NCBI GenBank assembly: GCA_964599285.1
Contig: CAZREI010000003.1
Location: 3,595-67,594, forward strand
Reading direction: 5' to 3'
DNA: 64,000 bases
Source of the DNA: an uncultured Candidatus Saccharibacteria bacterium
GTDB taxonomy: Bacteria > Patescibacteriota > Minisyncoccia > Minisyncoccales > Staskawiczbacteraceae
Under the pieces are notes generated by a model. It worked only from the letters and a program-made list of their open reading frames with translations. It did no database searches and had not been told where the DNA came from. The position numbers were made by a program, and so were the translations under genes. Positions 25,983 to 34,112 of this stretch are shown piece after piece; the stretch's first letter is position 1, and every line of letters begins with the position of its first letter.

Positions 25983-26702
25983 ATGTCAACGGTAAAATTC
26001 CTCTCTATCATGGTTTTGGCACTTATTGTCGGAGCAGCGGGAGCCGCTGTTTTTAATTTTTCTTTGATGCCTTATTTTCTGGCCAGCACGTATTTTGACA
26101 ATTACCAATTTGTCAAAGATTATAAGCAAGGCAAAATCACCGTCAACAAAACTGACCAAGTCTACATTCAGGAAAACACATCGGTTCAAAATGCTATTGA
26201 GCGGGTTAAGGCATCGGTGGTGGCAATCCAGGGCGCCGGCAAAACGGTAACATCAGGGCTGGTGATTACTTCCGATGGAAGTATTATTACGCTGGCCAGT
26301 AAAATTCCGGCTATCACAAAAGTTACCGTGTATTTGCAAGGAGTTGCTACCGACGTGAAGGTGTCAACCACCGACGTTCCCAGCAATTTGGCGCTACTGA
26401 AAGCCGACAAGCAAAATTTGCAGACAGTCCCCTTTGCCGATGCGAGCTCCATAACCTTGGGTCAAAACATATTTTTGACCGCCAGCACTAGCGCGGCTCA
26501 AGATCATTGGTTTGCCAACGAAGGGATTATTACTGAAATCAGTTCTGACGCCATAAGGACTAACATTATAGAAAGGTCTGCGGCAAATGGCGCGCCATTA
26601 TTTACCAGCGCCGGCCAACTGGTTGGCTTGGCGGTGGTTGACCAAAGTGGCAAAGTGTGGGCGATTCCAGTAAGCAAAATTCAAAAGCTACTGGGCTTGT
26701 AA
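25983..26702 (+). CDS. membrane-anchored trypsin-fold (S1C/HtrA-like) protein lacking the catalytic triad
   Basis: The N-terminal TM helix and fold landmarks align to HtrA (SGLVITSDGSIIT, NLALLKAD, ANGAPLFTSAGQLVGLAV). However His is absent, Asp is replaced by Asn, and GNSGGP becomes AANGAP. Confidence 0.55.
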   Translation: MSTVKFLSIMVLALIVGAAGAAVFNFSLMPYFLASTYFDNYQFVKDYKQGKITVNKTDQVYIQENTSVQNAIERVKASVVAIQGAGKTVTSGLVITSDGSIITLASKIPAITKVTVYLQGVATDVKVSTTDVPSNLALLKADKQNLQTVPFADASSITLGQNIFLTASTSAAQDHWFANEGIITEISSDAIRTNIIERSAANGAPLFTSAGQLVGLAVVDQSGKVWAIPVSKIQKLLGL

Positions 26703-26703
26703 A

Positions 26704-26868
26704 GAACGAATCAACACGAATTGACGAACGAATAAACACGAATCACGAATTCTCGCGTTCGTCATTGCGAGGAACGCTAAGCGTTCCGAGCCGCAGCGAA
26801 GCAATCTTTCTATTCGTGATTCGTGAAAATTCGTGGCGCCAGAGCGCCTGATTCGTGTTAATTCGTTA
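26704..26868. repeat. arm-core-arm element (ACGAAT/ATTCGT arms, CAT core at 26761..26807)
   Basis: CACGAATCACGAAT (26737) pairs perfectly with ATTCGTGATTCGTG (26812). The core encloses the GGAACGCTAAGCGTTCC hairpin. Confidence 0.8.
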
Positions 26869-26878
26869 TATCATAGCA

Positions 26879-27202
26879 ATGATATCATACGAGGATTTTA
26901 AAAAATTAGAAATAAAAATTGGGACTGTGGTTTCGGCTCAAGCCATCGAAGGGTCGGACAAGTTAGTCAAACTGATGATTGGTTTTGGCGACCACCAGCG
27001 CCAGATTGTCGCCGGCATTGCCCAAAGCTTTCCCGATGTTTCAGTGCTGGTTGGCAAACAAATGCCGGTGGTGGTAAATTTGGAACCAAAAATGCTCAAA
27101 GGCGTGGAAAGCCAGGGAATGATTTTGGCAGCAAGTAACGAAGGCCAGCCGGTGTTATTGAAACCGGAAAAAGAAGTCCCACCCGGCAGTTTAGTCAAAT
27201 AG
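26879..27202 (+). CDS. tRNA-binding domain protein (CsaA/Trbp111-like)
   Basis: The OB-fold pattern IKIGTVVSAQAIEGSDKLVKLMIGFGD..RQIVAGIA...ESQGMILAA. The ATG at 26879 is preferred to the upstream GTG that lies inside the repeat. Confidence 0.8.
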   Translation: MISYEDFKKLEIKIGTVVSAQAIEGSDKLVKLMIGFGDHQRQIVAGIAQSFPDVSVLVGKQMPVVVNLEPKMLKGVESQGMILAASNEGQPVLLKPEKEVPPGSLVK

Positions 27203-27228
27203 TTTACATATAGTCTACGTAACGAGAA

Positions 27229-27275
27229 CATACCATAATTTTCGCGATCGCGAAAATTATGGTATGTTTTTATTT
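27229..27275 (+). terminator. rho-independent terminator (hairpin family ATACCATAATT..AATTATGGTAT, copy 1)
   Basis: CATACCATAATTTTCGCGATCGCGAAAATTATGGTATG is a perfect palindrome followed by TTTTTATTT. A sister hairpin lies at 61159..61194. Confidence 0.8.
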
Positions 27276-27325
27276 ATCCACAGATGGTTAGCAAATCTTT
27301 ATGGTAACATTAAAAAATTCTATTT

Positions 27326-27354
27326 TTGACTTACCAAAATACTTTTGTTAAGAT
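27326..27354 (+). promoter_or_regulatory. sigma70-like promoter
   Basis: TTGACT-17 nt-TAAGAT ends 9 nt before the ATG at 27364. Confidence 0.35.
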
Positions 27355-27363
27355 TTTAGGATT

Positions 27364-27972
27364 ATGGAAGAAAATAAAGGCATAAAAGTAACCAACGCTG
27401 TCTATAGGATTTTGGATTGCCTGCCAGATTCTGACCCCTTAAAAAATAAGGCCAAAGAGAAAGCGTTGGCTATTTTGGAAAACCTGACGCTGGTTTTCAG
27501 TGCCCAAGACTGGGTTTCTTTTCAAAAGGAAAAAGCAGCGGCCAGCGTCATGGATGACATTGGTATTTTGCAAGGCTACCTTCAAGTCGGGCGAGACCAG
27601 GGCTGGATAGATGCCATGAACTTTTTGATTATTACCAAAGAGTACCAGTCTATTAAAAACAGCATTGTGCCGCCAAGAGGACTGATAAAGCAAAGCTTGC
27701 AGATTGCCCAGGCAACGGTTAAAGAGGCGCCAAGGGTTGCCCCAGCAATTAGCACGCAAGCCGGATATATGCAAAGTGAAAAATCTTCAAAGCGGCAGCG
27801 GAAAATTTTAGAGATACTGCAAAAAAGAGAAAAAACTCAAGTTTCAGATATCATAAAAGAGTTGCCCAATATCACCAAAAGAACGATCAGGAGAGATTTA
27901 GATGATTTGCTAAAGAGCGGTAAAGTTGCAAGGATGGGGGAATGGAATCAGATTTTTTACCAAATAAAGTAG
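27364..27972 (+). CDS. helical-domain protein with C-terminal DeoR-type winged HTH
   Basis: The C-terminal RQRKILEILQKREKTQVSDIIKELPNITKRTIRRDLDDLLKSGKV matches the DeoR-family HTH pattern. Confidence 0.6.
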   Translation: MEENKGIKVTNAVYRILDCLPDSDPLKNKAKEKALAILENLTLVFSAQDWVSFQKEKAAASVMDDIGILQGYLQVGRDQGWIDAMNFLIITKEYQSIKNSIVPPRGLIKQSLQIAQATVKEAPRVAPAISTQAGYMQSEKSSKRQRKILEILQKREKTQVSDIIKELPNITKRTIRRDLDDLLKSGKVARMGEWNQIFYQIK

Positions 27973-27973
27973 G

Positions 27974-28148
27974 CACTTTGAATCCCGAAACGGACAATAA
28001 AAAGAATATTTCTTGTCTTCCCCCAATTTTTGGCTATAAATTCGCTACAATTTTTCGGCGGAGCCGTTGGCTAAGCCGAAAAATTCTATCAAATTTCTAT
28101 CTCAAAAATTGGGGGAAATCCAAAGAAACCATTTCGGGATTCAAAGTG
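27974..28148 (+). mobile_element. LH element, copy D
   Basis: TIR CACTTTGAATCCCGAAACGG / CCATTTCGGGATTCAAAGTG. TTA->CCC on the left is compensated by TAA->GGG on the right. Apex variant TTTTTCGGCGGAGCCGTTGGCTAAGCCGAAAAA. It starts 2 nt after the upstream stop. Confidence 0.8.
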
Positions 28149-28218
28149 ATAGGACATTTCATAAATTTAAAAAATGTCCTATCAATAATAATTTGTCCTA
28201 CCATTTGTCCTATCATTT
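28149..28218 (+). promoter_or_regulatory. cluster of TGTCCTA motifs upstream of the sigma-factor gene
   Basis: The 12-bp inverted repeat GATAGGACATTT..AAATGTCCTATC is followed by tandem ATTTGTCCTACC ATTTGTCCTATC, giving four occurrences of (T)GTCCTA. Confidence 0.3.
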
Positions 28219-28295
28219 GAGTCAGTTTTCCTAACGTAATCCTATTGGTTATTGTTGCTTTTATTGCTTATTTATGGTATAGTTTAAGATTATTT

Positions 28296-28799
28296 ATGGA
28301 TTATAAACGGGAACAATTTAGCCTTATTTACGATCAATATATTGAAAAAATATATCGGTTTGTATACTTAAAGGTAAATTCAGAAGAAGTAGCACAGGAC
28401 ATTACTTCTAAGGTATTCTTAAAGGGTTGGGAATCCTACCAAAAACAGCCTGAAATTAAAAATCCTGGAGCTTTTTTATACCAGATTGCCAGGAATTCAG
28501 TCATAGACCATTACCGAGAAAAGGGTAGGACAAAAATAGTTTCTCCAGAAAGCGTCCAAGAAATGGCTGACAAAACCAATATATTTGAAAGGGCTGTTTT
28601 AAATGCGGACATTGAAGCTATAAAGTCTGCTATTTTTAAGCTTAAGAAAGAGCATCAGGATGTCCTTATCTGGTACTATTTGGAGGATATGTCCGCCGAG
28701 CAAATATCGGACATTCTGGAAAAACCAGCTGGTACGGTAAGGGTTATGATCCATCGGGGGCTGGAAGCATTGAAAAATGAACTAAATCAGCAATCCTAA
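28296..28799 (+). CDS. ECF-type RNA polymerase sigma factor (sigma-70 family)
   Basis: Region 2 (IYRFVYLKVNSEEVAQDITSKVFLKGW) and region 4 HTH (MSAEQISDILEKPAGTVRVMIHRGLEALK). The start is taken at ATG 28296. Confidence 0.85.
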   Translation: MDYKREQFSLIYDQYIEKIYRFVYLKVNSEEVAQDITSKVFLKGWESYQKQPEIKNPGAFLYQIARNSVIDHYREKGRTKIVSPESVQEMADKTNIFERAVLNADIEAIKSAIFKLKKEHQDVLIWYYLEDMSAEQISDILEKPAGTVRVMIHRGLEALKNELNQQS

Positions 28800-28955
28800 G
28801 GAGTAATCACGAATATACAAATTTACGTTAATATACCAATATACAAATGTGCTGGATTGCCACGTCGCTTCGCTCCTCGCAATGACGGACAGAACGGATT
28901 TGTATATTGGTAAAATTTGTATATTGTTCTAAATTTGTATATTCGTGATTACTCC
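28800..28955 (-). repeat. arm-core-arm element (TATACAAAT arms plus CAT core), copy 2, inverted relative to copy 1
   Basis: It has the same 23-bp TIRs as 11271..11428. The CAT core lies on the opposite strand (28854..28886, GGATTGCCACGTCGCTTCGCTCCTCGCAATGAC). It starts at the nucleotide after the sigma stop codon. Confidence 0.85.
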
Positions 28956-28994
28956 GTTATGTAACAAAAAAGTAGGTTTGGCGTCATCATCGTA

Positions 28995-29819
28995 ATGACC
29001 GAGAAAGAACTCATTTCCAAACTCCAGGAACTCAAACAAATCAAACCCAGCAAAAGCTGGGCTCTTTCGGTTAAAATGAGCATTTTGGATACTCCAGCAG
29101 TGCAAGCCAATCCTATGTCCCAGCCAACCGGCCGCTGGGCGTTTTCTGATTCGGTAAAGTTTCTCTACCAAAGAAAAATGGCTTATGCTTTCGCGGCCTT
29201 ATTGCTGGTGATTGCAGGACTGACCAGCGTTATGAACTATACGATTCCAAAACCGGCAACCGTCGCTCAAAACCAGGTCAATGGTTCAAAGCAATCAGCC
29301 TCGGCTTTGGCAGCAGAAGCGGCCTTAAAAAACAGCGTTGAAGCTTTCAAAATGAAATCGCAGAACTTGGCCCAGACCATAAAATATAATCCCAAAAATG
29401 CGCCGGTAGCGATACAAGAAATAAAAGACGCGGCTAAACATTTGACCGACGCGATCCAAAAAAATCCACAATTAGCAAAAACCGTCGCTCTGGATATTAA
29501 CAACAGCAACAAAACTTACTTGGATGTACTGGCTGGTAGCGCGAGAGATGAAGTAAAGCAAGATGTTTCCGATACCCTTGAAAAGACTCTGGTTAAACAG
29601 TTGATCGAGGACGCGAGGAATGAATCCTTAACCCCGGATCGCAAGGCTGTGGTAGATATGGCGGAAACACTTGAGGCAAAGGGTGATTATGCTAATGCAT
29701 TGGTAAATATGTTAGTATTGGAAAATGGCAGTAAACCTTCAGATAGTAAAGAAGATAATAAAGCAACTCCCAGCCCAACAGACAGTCCGGATAACAATAA
29801 CGTAAATGCGCATAATTGA
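28995..29819 (+). CDS. single-pass membrane protein, DUF5667-like / putative anti-sigma partner
   Basis: It lies immediately downstream of the ECF sigma gene. It has a short cytoplasmic N-terminus, one TM helix (AYAFAALLLVIAGLTSV) and a helical alanine/lysine-rich ectodomain. The function is inferred from context. Confidence 0.5.
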   Translation: MTEKELISKLQELKQIKPSKSWALSVKMSILDTPAVQANPMSQPTGRWAFSDSVKFLYQRKMAYAFAALLLVIAGLTSVMNYTIPKPATVAQNQVNGSKQSASALAAEAALKNSVEAFKMKSQNLAQTIKYNPKNAPVAIQEIKDAAKHLTDAIQKNPQLAKTVALDINNSNKTYLDVLAGSARDEVKQDVSDTLEKTLVKQLIEDARNESLTPDRKAVVDMAETLEAKGDYANALVNMLVLENGSKPSDSKEDNKATPSPTDSPDNNNVNAHN

Positions 29820-29848
29820 TACAATCTATCGTGCTTTTGCGCCCATCC

Positions 29849-29975
29849 GTCATTGCGCAAAGTCGCGAGCGAGGCCAGCTTTGCTGAATCGCCCGACTCA
29901 GGCGCACCGAAGCAATCTTATTTTTGTGAGATAGATTGCCGCGTGTCCGGCTTGCGAACCGGCACTCGCAATGAC
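29849..29975. repeat. inverted pair of long CAT-core repeats
   Basis: The forward copy is 29849..29918 (GTCATTGCG...GCACCGAAGCAATCT). The reverse copy is 29934..29975 (GATTGCC...CTCGCAATGAC). Confidence 0.8.
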
Positions 29976-30082
29976 GAGAGAAGAGTTACTAATTAAAAAT
30001 TGGATAAGTCGCTGGGTTGTGGTCATTACGTAAGATTGCAACCGAAAGCGCTCTTAATGGCTTTGTTTTTCTCTCGTTTAAT

Positions 30083-30255
30083 ACCTTGAATTACGAAATG
30101 CTTTCGAGGTATTTTTCCAGAATTTGGAGATAGAAATTTGATAGAATTTTTATGCTTAGCCACGCATAAGCATAAAAATTATAGCGAATTTATAGCCCAA
30201 ATTCTGGAAAAAGACCCGAAAAAAGCATTTAAATGTGCATTTTGTAATTTAAGGT
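30083..30255 (-). mobile_element. LH element, copy E (reverse orientation)
   Basis: TIR ACCTTGAATTACGAAATGC / GCATTTTGTAATTTAAGGT (2 mismatches). The reverse complement of the core matches copy B, including its apex hairpin. It is embedded in a further imperfect inverted repeat of about 32 bp per arm (30049..30290). Confidence 0.75.
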
Positions 30256-30415
30256 TTAATACGTTAGGAAAATAAGGGCATTAAGAGACAATAAGGTCGA
30301 CGCGACGAGAAAAACACATAACACAAAAAACAAAAATCCCAAGAATTACCAATCACATTGAGTTACAAATTCGTAATTCGGTAACATTCGTAATTCGTAG
30401 GATATTATATTAAAA

Positions 30416-33400
30416 ATGAATATTAAACAAACAATTATCACAGCCACGGTCGCTTTGACTATGGTTGCCATGATTGCTCCTTTGTCTGCTGGCGCCGTTA
30501 CCACGGCTGATTTGCAGGCTCAGATTGCAGCCTTACAGGCTCAATTGAATGCACAGAACCAGGTTCAAGGTTCCAGCAACGTGCCTTCAGCTTGTGTTGG
30601 CATCACCTTCACCAGAAACTTGAGAATACATTCGATTGGTGCAGATGTAAGATGCTTACAAGCAGCTATGAATGCTTTAGGCTACACAGTTTCAGCATCG
30701 GGAGCAGGCTCAGTTGGCAATGAAACAACTACCTTTGGTCCAAAAACCTTGGTAGCGGTTAATCATTGGCAAGTAGCCGTGTTAGGATCATCTGCAACAC
30801 AGTTTGGTCCTTTGTCACGAGCTAAATTAAACGCTTGGTTGGCTGGTTTGACAACCGGCAATACCGGAAATACTGGTAACACCGGAAACACTGGCAATAC
30901 CGGAAATACCGGAACCCAGGGTTCTGGTCCAGTTACCGTTGCCCTTTCTGCCGACAACCCAAATGCGGGAGTTATCGTTGGAGGTCAGGCAACTGCTGAT
31001 TTATTGCATGTTACCTTTTCGGGTAGCGGCACCGTTACTTCTTTGATGCTGACCCGCTCTGGTGTTTCAGATCAAAACACTCTGACAAATGTTTATTTGT
31101 ATGATGGAAACACCCGTATTACTGATGGGTACTCTTTCAATATAAATGGAACGCTTGTTATGAACGGTCTTAACATCACCGTAGCAGGATCTCACGAAAT
31201 TTCCGTAAAAGCCGACGTCGCTTCTCTTAACGGAAGCGCAACCGTTGCCGTTGCAGTAACCAGTTACACGGTTAATAACACAGCAACTCCGGTAACTGTT
31301 CAAGGCACCACTTTTGCAGTTATTAGCGGTTCTACGCTGGCCACAGCTTATCTTGGCGCTAATACCGTATACAACAGCAACACCCAAGTAACCGTAAATG
31401 CTGGCACATCAGGATACACATTCTGGTCAGCTCCTTTACAGATTAACACAAGAGCTATTTGGTTAAAGACCGCAGCCTTCAAAATGGTAGGCTCCGCTCC
31501 TTCAGATGCTCTTTCAAATCTGAAAGTGTTTATTGACGGCGTTGACACCGGCAAAATCGGCACCGTGGTGGCTATTAATGGCTCAAATTACGTAGTGTTT
31601 GATTTGACATCGGCCCCAATAAGTCTGGCCACCGGTTCACACACGGTTGACATGAGAGCTGATATCCAAAAAGGAACCAACAGAACCGTTCAAATATCAG
31701 TTCAGCAAGCTTCTGACTTCACTATTTTTGATCCGCAAATCGGCGTTAATATCGCTTTGTTGGGCGCCAGCGGAGCGGCTTTCAGTACCAACACCGGAGC
31801 TAACGTCATGATAGCTACTGGTTCAGCAACGGTTGTTGTAGATCCAGCCTTTAACGCTCAAACCAATATTTCTGGTGGGGCGGCAAATGCTGTAATTGGT
31901 AAATTTATCATCCATCCTTATGGAGAAGATGTTAAAGTTACCAGCTTGCAGGTTACGCCTACCTTGTCAAATTTGGCAAGCGTTGGAAGCGTTACTGTTG
32001 TTAACTCTGCCACATCGCAATCACTTACAGTTTCAAGTAATGCAGGCTTTGTAGTCGGCAATTCTGTTACTGTTACAAGTGCTACAGGGGCGGCAGTGGG
32101 AACGGTTACTGCTCTTACCGGCACAACTGGTATGACGGTTAACTTCACAACAGCACCTGGTTCAACATCTGTAACACTGTACGTAAAAGACACGGGACTA
32201 AACAACGTAACATTGTACTTCAATGGTTCACAAGTCGGTTCACAGCAAAGTACCGCTACTTCAGGCAGTGCTCTTACTTACCAGCTTGGCTCTCAAATGA
32301 TTGCTCCAGCCGGACAAGACAGTTGGATTGAAGTTAGGACAGATCTTCAGGGAAGCACCAATACTGCCTATGGAGCTGGCACCATTGTTGTAACTTTGCC
32401 TGCTGAAACTACCAATGCCCAGGGACAAAGCTCACAAAATACCGTGGGCGTTCCAACATCAGCAGTTTCAACCAACGGCCTTTCAATCCAGACTGGATTA
32501 TTGGCTGTTTCAAAGAACTCGGCATACTTGAATCAAAGTATTTCTCCAAATACGGCTGGTGTGAAAATTGGTTCATACATTATCCAGAACCAAAGCACAT
32601 CTGAATCAATCAGATTGACATCATACAGCATTGTTACCGGAACCGGTACTACTCCTACTAACAGCGGAGGAACTATCGGAGGAGGTTCTGGAGCCCCTAC
32701 TATCAATAACTTCTCTGCGTTGAGAACATCTGATACTACCGGTTCAGGAGCAACTCCAATTCAGTTTTCGGGAACAGGTACTGGATTTACTTCAACTGAT
32801 GTATTTTCAGTAAATGATACCTTGGCTCCGGGAGCTTCTATGATATTGGATATTTTTGCCAATACCAGCACAGCTACCAGTGGAGGTATTACCACCACGC
32901 TTAACGTTACGTCAATTGGTTCAGTTGATAACATTTCAACTTCCAGCGGAGCAAAGAGCGGACAGATACTTACCTTGGGCACCGGCACCATTGCTAACCC
33001 ACCAACTTTGGTAGTATCTTCAACTACTCCAGCTCAATACATTGCAACCGCGGGCGGAGCAACCAATGCCTCGCAAGCAACCTTTAACTTTGTTACTAAT
33101 GGAAGCGGATCTGCGACCATCACCGAATTGAAGTTCACAGTTTCTGGTGGCGACGCATCTCCTTCTAACACGGTTACTAATGTTTGCGTAGGTTCAGTGT
33201 GTGCTCAACCAGTTGCGGGTACCGCGGATGTAACTGGTCTTAGCCTTGCTGTTCCAAACGGAGGCGGAGGACTGACTCAAAATGTTTTGATGTCATACTC
33301 TTCAGTTGGAACCACGGGACTTCCTCAACCATACAATTCAGCTGTTTCCCTTGCGTATGTTAAGTACACTTCAGGTGGAGTGACCAATACGCTTTGTACA

Positions 33401-34012
33401 TCAACATTGGGTTGTACTGGAGGAGCTCACGATCCTATCTTGACAGCAGTTGCTGCTCCTACCTTAACCTTGGTAGGTTCTAAGCCTAGTCTAACCGTTG
33501 CCGTAGGTGGTAACGCCGGATTACAGCTTGGCCAAGAAAACAAGATTGGTGAAGTGACTGTTTCTGCTGATGCAAAAGGCAACATAAAAGTACAGCAAAT
33601 TGTATTTAACCTTTCTGCAAGCGGATACTCAGGCAGTGCTCCTTCTTGGGCGACAACAGGTATGCGTCTTGCTAATGGTTCAACCACCATTACGGGTTCA
33701 TACTGTACCGGTACTAACCCTGGCAGTGGTGCTAGCGTAGTAACTTGTATCTTTAACAGCACCGGCGCAAGCGGAGGCTCGACAGGATACCAATACGACT
33801 ACACGGTTGCCGCAGGTCAGTCACAAGTATTCAGCTTGTACGACACACCTTCTTCGGTGTCGTCAACTACCACGGTAAGCGTTTCGTCTTCAGTAACTCA
33901 AGGTTCTTTCTTGTGGGATGACACTTCAACGAATGGTGGAACTGGTTCAACTGGTTTGACTGGTACCAACATTTACAACTTCCCAACCAACAGTTACTCA
34001 ATTCACCAGTAA
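30416..34012 (+). CDS. 1198-aa secreted cell-surface protein with N-terminal peptidoglycan-binding domain
   Basis: Features in order are a signal peptide (..MIAPLSAGA), a short coiled coil (LQAQIAALQAQL), a PG_binding_1-like segment (GADVRCLQAAMNALGY..FGPKTLVAVNHWQ), a TGN repeat linker, and about 1000 aa of T/S/G/V/N-rich beta-type sequence. Confidence 0.8.
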   Translation: MNIKQTIITATVALTMVAMIAPLSAGAVTTADLQAQIAALQAQLNAQNQVQGSSNVPSACVGITFTRNLRIHSIGADVRCLQAAMNALGYTVSASGAGSVGNETTTFGPKTLVAVNHWQVAVLGSSATQFGPLSRAKLNAWLAGLTTGNTGNTGNTGNTGNTGNTGTQGSGPVTVALSADNPNAGVIVGGQATADLLHVTFSGSGTVTSLMLTRSGVSDQNTLTNVYLYDGNTRITDGYSFNINGTLVMNGLNITVAGSHEISVKADVASLNGSATVAVAVTSYTVNNTATPVTVQGTTFAVISGSTLATAYLGANTVYNSNTQVTVNAGTSGYTFWSAPLQINTRAIWLKTAAFKMVGSAPSDALSNLKVFIDGVDTGKIGTVVAINGSNYVVFDLTSAPISLATGSHTVDMRADIQKGTNRTVQISVQQASDFTIFDPQIGVNIALLGASGAAFSTNTGANVMIATGSATVVVDPAFNAQTNISGGAANAVIGKFIIHPYGEDVKVTSLQVTPTLSNLASVGSVTVVNSATSQSLTVSSNAGFVVGNSVTVTSATGAAVGTVTALTGTTGMTVNFTTAPGSTSVTLYVKDTGLNNVTLYFNGSQVGSQQSTATSGSALTYQLGSQMIAPAGQDSWIEVRTDLQGSTNTAYGAGTIVVTLPAETTNAQGQSSQNTVGVPTSAVSTNGLSIQTGLLAVSKNSAYLNQSISPNTAGVKIGSYIIQNQSTSESIRLTSYSIVTGTGTTPTNSGGTIGGGSGAPTINNFSALRTSDTTGSGATPIQFSGTGTGFTSTDVFSVNDTLAPGASMILDIFANTSTATSGGITTTLNVTSIGSVDNISTSSGAKSGQILTLGTGTIANPPTLVVSSTTPAQYIATAGGATNASQATFNFVTNGSGSATITELKFTVSGGDASPSNTVTNVCVGSVCAQPVAGTADVTGLSLAVPNGGGGLTQNVLMSYSSVGTTGLPQPYNSAVSLAYVKYTSGGVTNTLCTSTLGCTGGAHDPILTAVAAPTLTLVGSKPSLTVAVGGNAGLQLGQENKIGEVTVSADAKGNIKVQQIVFNLSASGYSGSAPSWATTGMRLANGSTTITGSYCTGTNPGSGASVVTCIFNSTGASGGSTGYQYDYTVAAGQSQVFSLYDTPSSVSSTTTVSVSSSVTQGSFLWDDTSTNGGTGSTGLTGTNIYNFPTNSYSIHQ
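30854..30913 (+). repeat. 9-bp tandem repeat encoding (TGN)x6 plus a partial unit
   Basis: ACCGGCAAT ACCGGAAAT ACTGGTAAC ACCGGAAAC ACTGGCAAT ACCGGAAAT ACCGGA. The units differ only at synonymous positions. Confidence 0.9.
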
Positions 34013-34058
34013 TCTGAATTGATTTCCCTTGCCTTTCTGGTACATTGGCTGAAGGGAT

Positions 34059-34096
34059 AAAATCAAAAAGCCGCCAATTGGCGGCTTTTTGATTTT
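34059..34096 (+). terminator. rho-independent (bidirectional-type) terminator
   Basis: AAAATCAAAAAGCCGCCAATTGGCGGCTTTTTGATTTT is a perfect palindrome. Confidence 0.85.
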
Positions 34097-34112
34097 ATGA
34101 TAGAATCAAAAA

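Noticed and set aside
25805-26056. ORFs crossing CAT-core or GC-hairpin regions: 25805..26056, 26657..26851, 3826..4161, 3803..4111(-) and 16508..16747.
   Set aside because: They consist of Arg/Gly/Ser-rich translations of repeats and palindromes. They overlap better-supported genes or terminators and have no RBS. I consider them artefacts.
30854-30913. CRISPR array. I considered the regularly spaced short repeats here and the multiple dispersed hairpin repeats.
   Set aside because: The 9-bp units are contiguous with no spacers and lie inside a long ORF, where they encode (TGN)n. The dispersed repeats are kilobases apart with genes between them. No cas genes other than a Cas2-like domain protein are present.
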